In this document: in pieces, positions 23,341 to 32,189 of the stretch
Numbering within the stretch: position 1 is the stretch's first letter
Layout of the letters: each line of letters begins with the position of its first letter
NCBI GenBank assembly: GCA_964546165.1
Contig: CAZJIV010000003.1
Span: 1-37,049, forward strand
DNA length: 37,049 nt
From: Candidatus Woesearchaeota archaeon
GTDB lineage: Archaea > Nanobdellota > Nanobdellia > Pacearchaeales > GW2011-AR1
Direction: 5' to 3'
Program-made: the position numbers and the translations under genes
Notes under the pieces: generated by a model
The model's input: the letters and a program-made list of their open reading frames with translations, nothing else
What the model was told of the DNA's origin: nothing
Databases searched by the model: none

Positions 23341-24948
23341 ATGAAAAGAAGGTGGTTTAATACATTTTTGATTATTGCAGGACTTGCACTCATAGTGCTT
23401 TTATTTTTTGCTATTAAGGCGGGACCTACAGGGAGAGTTGTTGCGGATACTTCATCTGAAGATTTGCATAATTTTACTGTTGGGGCAAATCCTTATGATT
23501 TAAGCATGACTTCTTACGGTCTCTTATACAATGGGGATTTAATCTATTTTGAGGTTAGAGATGACCCTCAAGCCTATTCTGAGACAGAGGTATACCTTGT
23601 GGATGTATCTAAGGGCGTTCAGGATTATGCAACTCTTGTTTCTCCATCTGAGGCTGTCGTTAATATTGGTGGCTTGAATCATACCTTGTCTTATGGAAAT
23701 GGCTGGGTGCTGTTTAATAATGCAACTAAGATAACTAATACTTTTGGCAGCAATATAAGCGTCGGGGACTATTTACCTCTAGATCTTTCCTTGGGACATG
23801 TAAATCTTCAAATCCTTAGATTGATAGAGGTTTACAACGGAGAGAATAAATCTCAGGACTATGTTATGTTCACTGATGGATTCGGGAACCTTATTCCTGC
23901 AATGCCAATTACAGACACAAATAATGAAGCCACCCTTACCGTAAATAATTATCAAGTAAACGTTACTTATGGGGGGAATGGATTGAATGGTTGGGCAATT
24001 GTTAGTAATAAGACTGTTTATTCAAACTGCATGGATACTGATGGGGGGAAAAATTACTACCTCCAAGGGAACGTTTATGGTTCCTTTCCCAGAGGGGACG
24101 TATGTCTTTCAGCAAAGACTCTTATGGAATTTTATTGTGATTCTGGCGAATGGACTAATATTAATTACGTCTGTCCGGAAGGATGTTATAAAGGGGCATG
24201 TCTTGGGGGGCCTTTGAATTATTCGTATAGCCCCCTTACAAGTAATGCTGGGTCGCCTCTTGTCTCCTCATCAAATGTTAACGAGATTCAGACTTCCATA
24301 ACACCTAATAATGAATCTGAAAACCAAACCCCTCATAATGAAAGTTCTACATTGTATAATGAAACCATTCCTTTCACTAATCAAACGTCAGAACCAAAAT
24401 TACAAACACAAAACTTCTCACTTTTCCTTGGGAGTTCTACAGTTATGGATATTGGCGGAACTTCTTATAATCTTAAACTTACAAACCTTACTGAAGATAA
24501 GGCAACAGTAACAGTTAATGGGCTTATACATTATACCGCCAAACTTGGTGAGAGCTTTAATCTTCAGGGGTTCAAAATCACTGTTGTGAACATAATCTTG
24601 AATGATTCATTCGGTGTTCCATTTGCAGAAGTTTCAGTTGCCGGTGCTAATGGTGTTAATCTTTCTGATTACGGAATTTCTATAAATGGTCCTACTTTGG
24701 TTGATGGAAAACTTACATGTACCTCTGGATGTTTATATTCTAATGGTTGTCTGGATTATGGAGCAAGGCAAGGGAACCAGTATTGCGCTTCTGATGGAAA
24801 CATGAAAGATCAGCTTGGAACTAATATTGTATGCCAAAACAATTTCGAGTGCGCTTCAAATGTTTGTTCTGATGAGAAAACATGTACACCTCAGGGACTT
24901 GTTGACAGGATTGTTCAGTGGTTAAGGTCTTTGTTTGGATTGCAATAA
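23341..24948 (+). CDS. hypothetical secreted/anchored Cys-rich protein
   Basis: The ORF-track start (23242) overlaps the peptidase gene. The ATG at 23341 (MKRRWFNTFLIIAGLALIVLLFFAIKA) gives a signal/anchor and lies ~26 nt after the TATA-like TTTTTATAAA at 23305-23314. Cys-rich modules are CMDTDGGKNYYLQGNVYG...DVCLSAKTLMEFYCDSGEW...VCPEGCYKGAC and a C-terminal CxxxC-rich region. Confidence 0.75.
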   Translation: MKRRWFNTFLIIAGLALIVLLFFAIKAGPTGRVVADTSSEDLHNFTVGANPYDLSMTSYGLLYNGDLIYFEVRDDPQAYSETEVYLVDVSKGVQDYATLVSPSEAVVNIGGLNHTLSYGNGWVLFNNATKITNTFGSNISVGDYLPLDLSLGHVNLQILRLIEVYNGENKSQDYVMFTDGFGNLIPAMPITDTNNEATLTVNNYQVNVTYGGNGLNGWAIVSNKTVYSNCMDTDGGKNYYLQGNVYGSFPRGDVCLSAKTLMEFYCDSGEWTNINYVCPEGCYKGACLGGPLNYSYSPLTSNAGSPLVSSSNVNEIQTSITPNNESENQTPHNESSTLYNETIPFTNQTSEPKLQTQNFSLFLGSSTVMDIGGTSYNLKLTNLTEDKATVTVNGLIHYTAKLGESFNLQGFKITVVNIILNDSFGVPFAEVSVAGANGVNLSDYGISINGPTLVDGKLTCTSGCLYSNGCLDYGARQGNQYCASDGNMKDQLGTNIVCQNNFECASNVCSDEKTCTPQGLVDRIVQWLRSLFGLQ

Positions 24949-24981
24949 TTAATCTTAAAAACTCTTTTTCTGACTAATCTT

Positions 24982-25797
24982 ATGGTATTTGTTGTAAAAG
25001 TCCCGGGGATTAACGGACTTGGAAAAACACAAGGATGCGAGAAAGCAGGCAATGAAATTTTGAAATCGCTGAATGAGATTTATTCAAATGAATCCGGAAA
25101 GCCGATAAATTCAAAACTTTTGGATTTAGAAGAAATTCATCTTGATAATTATAATCTTGATATTACAAATAAATTGATTTATAAGAATGCATTTGATATG
25201 TTTGGAACAAAACCAAGAACAATTTTTCTTGGAGGAGATCATTCTGTAAGCTATTCTTTGACAAAGGCATTTCTTAACCATTGCAAAAAAGAAGGAAAAA
25301 ATCCTTATCTCATTGTTTTTGATGCTCATCCTGATTGCATGGAAGCTGCAAAATCTGATTCTCCAAGTCATGAAGACTGGCTTAGGAGTTTAATTGAAGC
25401 AGGTTTCCCTAAAGAGAATATTTTGCTTGTTGGGGTAAGGAACTCTGATGCTCATGAAATCTCTTTTTTGCATGAAAATAAAATAAAGACTGTTTCAATG
25501 AATTCACTTCTGGATGATTTGCAGGATGCTTGCGATGGAATTACAGAATTTTCAAGTGATCCAAGGGGAGAATTATATATCTCAATTGACATTGATGTTG
25601 TTGACCCTGCATTTGCACCTGGTACGGGATATCAGGAACCTGGCGGATTAACAAGCAGAGAATTCCTATATATAGTCCAGAGAATAAATAAAGTTAAAAA
25701 CCTAAAGGGTGTTGACGTTGTAGAGATAAACCCGTTGAAAGACAGGGATAATCTTACAACTAAGTTAGGAGCCAAGATTCTTAGTGAATTGGTATAA
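24982..25797 (+). CDS. arginase/agmatinase (ureohydrolase) family protein, probably agmatinase
   Basis: Family Mn-binding motifs are LGGDHSVSY, VFDAHPD and SIDIDVVDPAFAPGTGYQEPGGL. Substrate specificity cannot be read from the sequence alone. Confidence 0.85.
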   Translation: MVFVVKVPGINGLGKTQGCEKAGNEILKSLNEIYSNESGKPINSKLLDLEEIHLDNYNLDITNKLIYKNAFDMFGTKPRTIFLGGDHSVSYSLTKAFLNHCKKEGKNPYLIVFDAHPDCMEAAKSDSPSHEDWLRSLIEAGFPKENILLVGVRNSDAHEISFLHENKIKTVSMNSLLDDLQDACDGITEFSSDPRGELYISIDIDVVDPAFAPGTGYQEPGGLTSREFLYIVQRINKVKNLKGVDVVEINPLKDRDNLTTKLGAKILSELV

Positions 25798-25802
25798 AAA
25801 AG

Positions 25803-26327
25803 ATGAGAACTTTTGTGTCGATTGACATCTCGGGAAGCGTTGCGGAGAAAATAAGAGAAATACAGGAAAAATTGCCTGAATTCAGAGGCAAGCCTACTGA
25901 AGTGGGGAACCTTCATCTTACTTTGAAATTCCTTGGAGAAATTAATGAAGAAATGCTTGAAAAAGTCAAGTCAAGATTAAAGACCGTGGATTTCAAGAAA
26001 TTCCCTGTTGTTATTGATTCTATTGGAGTTTTTGACCCAGAGTTTGTAAAGATAATCTGGCTTAGGATAAATGATTGTACTCCTTTGCAGAAAGAGATTG
26101 ACAAGGCGCTTGAAGGGCTATTTCCCGAGGAACAGAGATTCATGTCTCATCTTACAATTGCAAGGGTCAGGAATATTTTGGGAGACAAAAAGGTCTTTCT
26201 TAATAAAATTCAAAACATGAAAATAGAGCCGATGAAGTTAGTTGTTGGTGGTTTTGAGCTTAAGCAATCTGTTCTGACACCGAACGGGCCACAGTATAAA
26301 ACTCTTGAAACTTACTATTTAGAATAG
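25803..26327 (+). CDS. ligT: 2H phosphoesterase, 2'-5' RNA ligase / RNA 2',3'-cyclic phosphodiesterase (LigT/ThpR-like)
   Basis: Two H-x-T-x motifs at the expected spacing: HLTLKFLG and HLTIARV. Length is 174 aa. Confidence 0.85.
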   Translation: MRTFVSIDISGSVAEKIREIQEKLPEFRGKPTEVGNLHLTLKFLGEINEEMLEKVKSRLKTVDFKKFPVVIDSIGVFDPEFVKIIWLRINDCTPLQKEIDKALEGLFPEEQRFMSHLTIARVRNILGDKKVFLNKIQNMKIEPMKLVVGGFELKQSVLTPNGPQYKTLETYYLE

Positions 26328-26433
26328 AAATATAAGTAAAAAAGATTTGGGTGCTTTATAGTACTTTCGTTTTTTGAAAGATATTTTTTAGAAGAATTTT
26401 ATTTTTAAGTTATTGTAAATTGTTTTTATTTTA

Positions 26434-26811
26434 ATGGATAAAGGGACTGTTAAAAAATTCATTGAGACTTATGCTGCAGAGATCTCTTCTGTATTTGGTT
26501 CTTATGGTTGGGCAGGTTACGTTTCTGTTAACACTCTTGAGAAAAAAGTCACTGAGGGCGTTTCCCAGAAAATGAATCTTTCTGAGGAAGATGTTAGGTA
26601 TGTTATGAGCCATGCTCTTCATTGGGTTCTCCCCAATATATTTAGATATGATAGACAAAAAGAAGAGCTATATCCAATTGGTTCTTATGAATCACAGGGC
26701 GATGCAAAATCGTGGCGTCCAAGTCAGGAAGAATTTGTAAGTATTATGGGGGAAAATTATTTTACTTATATTGCTGCAAGGCTTGGAAATATTTCATCCG
26801 GAAAATCTTAG
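26434..26811 (+). CDS. hypothetical protein (125 aa)
   Basis: ORF preceded by a 106-nt AT-rich intergenic region with T-tracts. No motif recognised. Its stop overlaps the stop of the convergent nuclease gene (TTAG). Confidence 0.55.
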   Translation: MDKGTVKKFIETYAAEISSVFGSYGWAGYVSVNTLEKKVTEGVSQKMNLSEEDVRYVMSHALHWVLPNIFRYDRQKEELYPIGSYESQGDAKSWRPSQEEFVSIMGENYFTYIAARLGNISSGKS

Positions 26812-27488
26812 TATTTTTCATCTATAAGTCCAAAAATATCTGCTTTTTTGCCTATGACTTCTTCCAAGTCCGGCTTTGAGGAATTGAGAATTCTTCTAAG
26901 AGTCTTGAATCTGTCAAGAAGCTTTTTTGCTGTTTTTGGGCCTATACCCGGGAAACCCTCCAAGATAAATTGCATTTGCTCTTTTTTGTTGAAAGATTTT
27001 TTTGAAACATTTAGAGACAATTCTTTTTCTTTTCTTTTTGCAAGAACTGAAATGAATTTAGCAGTGTCTTCGGAATCTTTTGTGAAAAGAATGGGTGTTT
27101 TATATTTAAGAATTATTGAAATTAAGAAACCGCGGACGGAGTTTGGATGCATTCCTCCATCAGCATACCTTGCTTCAGAATAAAGCTCCTGTTCATCTAT
27201 GCCTTCAATGAGAAGAATTCGGTTTTTGTATCTTTGCATACTTTCCAATTGTCCTATAAGCCTTTTGTTAATCATTGAAGAAATAAAATCGGAAACTGTT
27301 TTTCGTTCAATTGCGACATCATTTACAATGTAATCTGCAACTTTTAGTTCTCTGACATCAACTTCCAAATCCATTTTTATTAGGTTTGAATAAACAAGAG
27401 AATTCTTTTCCCGATAATCCATTATAACCCTTTCTTTTTTCTTTTCTTTCTCTTTAGATTTGGAAAAGATGTCAAACATTGGTGCCAT
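26808..27488 (-). CDS. ERCC4/XPF-Hef-type structure-specific nuclease domain with C-terminal helix-hairpin-helix
   Basis: DYREKNS...VADYIVNDVAIERKTVSDFISS (ERK catalytic motif). HhH is EGFPGIGPKTAKKLLDRF. At 226 aa it is nuclease-only. Confidence 0.85.
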   Translation of the reverse strand: MAPMFDIFSKSKEKEKKKERVIMDYREKNSLVYSNLIKMDLEVDVRELKVADYIVNDVAIERKTVSDFISSMINKRLIGQLESMQRYKNRILLIEGIDEQELYSEARYADGGMHPNSVRGFLISIILKYKTPILFTKDSEDTAKFISVLAKRKEKELSLNVSKKSFNKKEQMQFILEGFPGIGPKTAKKLLDRFKTLRRILNSSKPDLEEVIGKKADIFGLIDEKY

Positions 27489-27520
27489 GGGATTGTTAGT
27501 GAGAATTAATTTAAAATAGT

Positions 27521-28963
27521 TTAGATTTCCAAAACATCATGGGCTCCACTTTCTCTTACTCCTCCTGCGGAGATTTCAATGAATTCTGCATTTGTCCACA
27601 TCTCAGGGATTGTTCTTGCTCCACAATAGGTCATTCCTGAACGCAATCCTTTCATAAATGCGTTTATCACTTCTCTTACCGGGCCTTTGTAAGGTACTAA
27701 ACTTTCAACTCCTTCTACAAATGCATCTTCAAGAAAATCATTAACCTTTGTTTTTGTTTCTCTTTCTTTTTTTATCACATTTGCAAGGTAGGATGTGCTT
27801 CCGTGGTACTGTTTGAATTGTTTTCCTTTTTTGTAAATTATTGGACCTGGAGTTTCTTCGGTTCCTGCAAAGACACTCCCAAACATGTGCGCAGAGGCGC
27901 CTACTGCCAGAGCCTTTGCAAAATTTCCTGAGGTTGCTATTCCCCCGTCACTTATAATAGGGATGTTGTATCTTCTTCCTACTTCAACGGCATCCATTAA
28001 TGCAGTCATTTGAGGAACCCCTGCACCTGCAACAATCCTTGTTGTGCAAATTGTTCCATTTCCAATTCCTATTTTAACCCCATCAACTCCCGCCCTGATT
28101 AATTCTTCAGTGCCTTTCGCAGTGGCAACATTCCCTGCAATTAAATCTACATCAAGATTTTCTTTTATTTTCTTTACTGCTTCAATCGCCAAGTCACTAT
28201 GCGCGTGAGCAACATCAATGACAAGTACATCTACTCCTTCCTTAACGAGAGCTTCCGCTCTCTCAAAGTAATCCCCTTTAATTCCTATTGCTGCTCCCAC
28301 AATAAGCCTCCCATTTTTGTCTCTGCAAGCATTTTTGTGCATTTCTAAATCAATTATGTCCTTTATTGTTATCAATCCCTTAACCTTGTTTTCTTCATCC
28401 ACAAGAGGGAGTTTTTCTACTTTTTTCTTTTTCAGAATTTCACTTGCTTCTTTTATGTCAATATTTGAATTTGCGGTTATCAAATTTTCTTTTTTTGTCA
28501 TTAGTTCTCTAACTCCTTTCTTCATATCTCTTTCAAATGCAAAATCTCTTTTTGTTAATATACCTACAAGTTTTCTTTCATGATCTACAACCAAAAGTCC
28601 TGTGACATCATTATTTTCCTCCATGTTCCTGATAGCTTCTTCCAGTGTTGCTTCTTCGGAAATTGTTACAGGGTCTTCTATTATGCGGTTCATGGATTTT
28701 TTTACCTTTCTTACTTCAACTGCTTGTTCTCCAATAGTCATGAACCTGTGGATTATCCCCATGCCTCCCTCAAGGGCCATTGCTATTGCCATTTTTGATT
28801 CTGTGACAGTAGACATGCAAAGAGAAATCATGGGTATGTTGAGCTTTATATTCTTTGTAATAAATGTAGAAGTGTCTGTATCTTTTCTTGAGCGTATGGA
28901 AGTTCGTTGAGGGACTAATAGAACATCATCAAACGAAACCCCTTTTCCGACAATCCTTGCCAT
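27521..28963 (-). CDS. guaB: inosine-5'-monophosphate dehydrogenase with CBS pair
   Basis: FDDVLLVP near the N-terminus. A CBS insert is present (...[22 protein letters not shown]...[18 protein letters not shown]). Catalytic Cys loop is [11 protein letters not shown]. Also ISDGGI and GS.FAG. Confidence 0.93.
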   Translation of the reverse strand: MARIVGKGVSFDDVLLVPQRTSIRSRKDTDTSTFITKNIKLNIPMISLCMSTVTESKMAIAMALEGGMGIIHRFMTIGEQAVEVRKVKKSMNRIIEDPVTISEEATLEEAIRNMEENNDVTGLLVVDHERKLVGILTKRDFAFERDMKKGVRELMTKKENLITANSNIDIKEASEILKKKKVEKLPLVDEENKVKGLITIKDIIDLEMHKNACRDKNGRLIVGAAIGIKGDYFERAEALVKEGVDVLVIDVAHAHSDLAIEAVKKIKENLDVDLIAGNVATAKGTEELIRAGVDGVKIGIGNGTICTTRIVAGAGVPQMTALMDAVEVGRRYNIPIISDGGIATSGNFAKALAVGASAHMFGSVFAGTEETPGPIIYKKGKQFKQYHGSTSYLANVIKKERETKTKVNDFLEDAFVEGVESLVPYKGPVREVINAFMKGLRSGMTYCGARTIPEMWTNAEFIEISAGGVRESGAHDVLEI

Positions 28964-29006
28964 ACATTCATTCTAATTGCTCTTGAGGGTTATAAAGATT
29001 TGTGTG

Positions 29007-30554
29007 CTATTCGAGCGTTTTTTGAAAATCCAATCCGCCGTTTGAGAGTTCTTTTTTCACATCAGAAATCGCCGACTGCATTCCTTTTTCTTTTCTTCGT
29101 GAAACATAGTAAAAGGTTTCGTCACGTGTTTTTTTTGTTATAAGCATGATTAGTTTTCCTTTGTTCAATCTTGCTGTTCTGCCTGCTCGCTGTATGGCGC
29201 GTATTGCAGAAGCGACAGGTTCATAAAATATTACAAGGCCCACTTCAGGAATGTCCAATCCTTCTTCACCTATTGAAGTTGCACAAAGAACATCTATTTC
29301 TCCTGATGAGAATTCACGAATTGTTTCTTTTTGTTCTTTCTGACTCAACCCGGTGTCTTTCTTTTTTAATTGTCCGACAAAAACTTTTGCTGTTACGCCA
29401 TCAAGTTGGTTTATTCTTTTTGAAATTAAAGAGGCAGTGTCACGATATTGTGAGAAGACGATTGCTCTTATTTTTCCGTTGTCTTTTTTTTCGTTTTTTA
29501 TAATTTCAAGAAGTTCTGCAACTTTCGGATGTTCCATTTTCTTTGCAAGCAATTCTGAAGATTTTACGAATGCCATGTTAAATTCAGGTCTTTTTACCAG
29601 CTGTTGAATTCCTTTGCTCTTGGCTTTTTCTGCTTGCCCAAATAAATCCTTCATGTATTCATGAAATCCGTTGACTGTTTGCGTTTCAATTAATTCCAAG
29701 GCATGTTGGAGTTTTATTGCAAGTGCGCACGCAGACAAGCCTCTGAAAATTGTGAAGTTGTGATTTCCTCCTGAGAGCATGTTTCCCAGTTTTCCCTGAA
29801 GTTTTATGAGGTTTATTTTTGTGGGAGGTCCAAAGAGCAGATTTCTCTGTTTTAATTCATCAATGTAGGAATCATGAATTCTCCTTAGAAGTTCGCGGAT
29901 TTCAATAAATTCTGGAGGCAAATCGACTTGGACTTTTTCGAATTCAAGTTCCTGGAGATTGTGTTTTATGTCCTCGCTTTCACGTGTTCTGAGTTCAACT
30001 TCTTCTATGAAGAGGTTTCTGCATATTTCTTTTATCTTGTCAGAGTTTGAACCCGGGGAGGCCGTTAGTCCAAGAATTCTTCCATCGGGATTTTCGCGTT
30101 TGTAATTCTTTGCAATTGAAGTGTAATCATAGTTCCTTATGCATCTGTGAGCTTCGTCTTCTATAAGGAGAGAAACATCCCTTAAGTTGTAAAGATGATT
30201 TTTTATGTCATTAGCAATGCATTGTGGTGTTGAAAAGATTATGTCTGCGCTTTTCCAGATTTCTTTTCTTTTTTCTGCTTTTACAGAGCCGGTGAAAAGC
30301 TGCATGTCTGCGAATAATTCTGGCAGATGTTTTTCAAAATATCTTAGATGCTGTTCTGCCAATGGTTTAGTCGGAGCGAGGAAGAGGATTTTTTGTCCGG
30401 GGAATTTTTCACTTCTGTCAATTGTTAACATTAGTGCTATTAGGGTTTTTCCTGTTCCTGTTGGAAGCACGACTAGGCAGTTCTTTTCTTTGCATGTTTC
30501 GAAAATTTTTTGTTGATAATCTCTTGGTGAGATTGATTCTAGAAATTTCATCAT
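29007..30554 (-). CDS. hef: Hef/FANCM-like SF2 helicase (helicase part only)
   Basis: Motif I is LPTGTGKT, motif II is EDEAHR (DEAH) and motif VI is QRAGRTAR. The ORF-track start (30611) overlaps the upstream gene. The ATG at 30554 (MMKFLESISPRDYQ) overlaps that gene's TGA in an ATGATGA context. Confidence 0.85.
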   Translation of the reverse strand: MMKFLESISPRDYQQKIFETCKEKNCLVVLPTGTGKTLIALMLTIDRSEKFPGQKILFLAPTKPLAEQHLRYFEKHLPELFADMQLFTGSVKAEKRKEIWKSADIIFSTPQCIANDIKNHLYNLRDVSLLIEDEAHRCIRNYDYTSIAKNYKRENPDGRILGLTASPGSNSDKIKEICRNLFIEEVELRTRESEDIKHNLQELEFEKVQVDLPPEFIEIRELLRRIHDSYIDELKQRNLLFGPPTKINLIKLQGKLGNMLSGGNHNFTIFRGLSACALAIKLQHALELIETQTVNGFHEYMKDLFGQAEKAKSKGIQQLVKRPEFNMAFVKSSELLAKKMEHPKVAELLEIIKNEKKDNGKIRAIVFSQYRDTASLISKRINQLDGVTAKVFVGQLKKKDTGLSQKEQKETIREFSSGEIDVLCATSIGEEGLDIPEVGLVIFYEPVASAIRAIQRAGRTARLNKGKLIMLITKKTRDETFYYVSRRKEKGMQSAISDVKKELSNGGLDFQKTLE

Positions 30555-31186
30555 ATAAGGAAGATAACAAAGAATATGCCAATCAGCACAAGTGATGCGA
30601 GGAAGCTCCAAAGTACAACGTTTCCGAAGAATATCTTGTTTCCGTCGAGTTTTGAAATTGGTATCATATTGAACAATGCATAAAAGATGTTGATTCTTGC
30701 AAATTCGCTGAATCCAATCAGGTAGCCTATGACTGCAAAAGCAAGATTTGCAAATATTCCTGCTGCTGCGATGTAACCAATATGCGCTTCAGTCATTCCG
30801 GAGAAGCTGTAAAGACCATGTCTTCTTGCTGAGCGTTCAACTCGTGGCTTTACATCAAAGACAAGTGACGCCATCCAGACAAATCCTCTGATAGGAAACA
30901 AGACTATTTTTGACAATAAGGGCATGAATGCCCCCATCGGAACCGGCTTTTTGAAATGGTTGCTCTCCCTCAGCCCGTATTGATAGATTTCCCAGAATTC
31001 AACTTCAACATCCGTTTCCATGTAAAATCCGAAAATCTTTTTTGCAATAACATTAACCATAATTACTGCAAAAACTGCAAGCAGGCTCCAGAGAAATGCT
31101 GTTATTCCATTGAGGATGAAGTTTAAGGAGAAGGCTATAACCACACTTGACACTAAAATTGCTATTGCCTCTTTTTTGTTGAACAT
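30551..31186 (-). CDS. polytopic membrane protein, M50 (site-2 protease)-like but without HExxH
   Basis: IAAAGIFANLAFAV resembles the AGPxxN helix and FNMIPISKLDGNKIF resembles N..P...LDG of M50. The position expected for HExxH reads VNVIAKKIFG. Confidence 0.5.
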   Translation of the reverse strand: MFNKKEAIAILVSSVVIAFSLNFILNGITAFLWSLLAVFAVIMVNVIAKKIFGFYMETDVEVEFWEIYQYGLRESNHFKKPVPMGAFMPLLSKIVLFPIRGFVWMASLVFDVKPRVERSARRHGLYSFSGMTEAHIGYIAAAGIFANLAFAVIGYLIGFSEFARINIFYALFNMIPISKLDGNKIFFGNVVLWSFLASLVLIGIFFVIFLI

Positions 31187-31273
31187 GTTATTTTCAGTTA
31201 TGTAATTCTTATAAATTTATTTATCTTCTAATTATCACGTTAAAGAGAAGGTGTTATTATATTAAACTATCAA

Positions 31274-31600
31274 ATGGATAACGGAAAAGTATTTAAATAT
31301 TTGACACAGGATATTGCTATGAGATTGAGAAAAATTACTGATGTTATAGGCCTTAGGGTTTATACTGATTTAGGAGATTATTTCGGAGAAGTGGAAGAGG
31401 CGAATCTTTTTGAGAACAAGCTTGATGGTTGGAGAATAAGAGTTGGTGGAAGTGTTGCTTCATTGATTGGGGGCGCAAGGGGAGTAATTATACCCCACCA
31501 GTTTGTTAAGGCTATGAGCGACATTGTAATCATAAACTCTTCTGCATTGCCAAGTCCTGCTGAACCTGAATTCGAGGAGATTTCAGAAGACTTAATGTAA
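31274..31600 (+). CDS. PRC-barrel domain protein
   Basis: VIGLRVYTDLGDYFGEVEEANLFENKLDGWRIRVG...VIIPHQFVKAMSDIVII fits the PRC-barrel pattern (G..V....G..lG.V.d..fd...g.i..l.v). An alternative start at the internal Met (MRLRK) is possible. Confidence 0.6.
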   Translation: MDNGKVFKYLTQDIAMRLRKITDVIGLRVYTDLGDYFGEVEEANLFENKLDGWRIRVGGSVASLIGGARGVIIPHQFVKAMSDIVIINSSALPSPAEPEFEEISEDLM

Positions 31601-31604
31601 ACAA

Positions 31605-32150
31605 ATGGCAACAACTGATAGTAGCTCGACGCAGATATTCCTGCAGAATCCTATTTTTACCAGATTTATCCTCCCTTTTCTTTTGGTGTTTTTCATAGTT
31701 TTTGCAATCCTTGAGAAGACAAAGCTTCTTGGAAAGGAAAATACAAAACAGATTAATGCACTTGTTTCATTTGTTATTGGCCTTATTTTTATAACTGTTT
31801 TGTCGCCAACAATGGTTGTTCAGAATTTGGTGTTGTTCTTATCGGTTGCACTTGTGATAGTGTTCATAGTTCTTTTGATATGGAGCTTTGCAAGCGGTGA
31901 AGATGGATTCAAGCTTGGAGAACATAAAGGATTCAGAACAGTTCTCCTTGTGGTTGTTCTTGTGGCTGTTGGGCTTGGAATACTATGGGCATTTGGAGTC
32001 AACCTTATCGGAGGCCAAGGAAGCCTTGTGAGCACATTATTCGGGCAGGTATGGAGCGGTCCTTTCTGGACAAATGTTATCTTTGGAGTCCTTATTGCAG
32101 CAGCGCTTGCCCTTGTACTTGGCGGAGCGAAGGCAGCTAAAAAGGATTAG
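31605..32150 (+). CDS. integral membrane protein, paralog 1
   Basis: The ATG lies 4 nt after the preceding stop. Multiple hydrophobic helices. The N-terminal FTRFILPFLLVFFIVFAILEKTKLLGKENTKQINALVSFVIGLIF parallels the next gene. Confidence 0.75.
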   Translation: MATTDSSSTQIFLQNPIFTRFILPFLLVFFIVFAILEKTKLLGKENTKQINALVSFVIGLIFITVLSPTMVVQNLVLFLSVALVIVFIVLLIWSFASGEDGFKLGEHKGFRTVLLVVVLVAVGLGILWAFGVNLIGGQGSLVSTLFGQVWSGPFWTNVIFGVLIAAALALVLGGAKAAKKD

Positions 32151-32189
32151 TTAGAAACATATTTAAAGTTCTATTCATAGTTTTTTAAA

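Noticed and set aside
26328-26433. Search for tRNA or small RNA genes in the larger intergenic regions (also 2100-2247, 15650-15840, 31187-31273, 33910-34027)
   Set aside because: All are AT-rich with T-tracts and TATA-like elements. No GC-rich cloverleaf-type stems or conserved tRNA boxes are visible. They are interpreted as promoter/terminator DNA.
26848-30516. + strand ORFs antisense to the nuclease, guaB and helicase genes
   Set aside because: The - strand products carry unambiguous family motifs. The antisense ORFs have no signals and have biased composition.
30555-30611. Upstream extension of the Hef helicase ORF (ORF-track start at 30611)
   Set aside because: It would overlap the preceding membrane-protein gene by 61 nt. 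The MMKFLESISPRDYQ start overlaps its stop codon in the usual ATGA fashion and matches where helicase homology begins.
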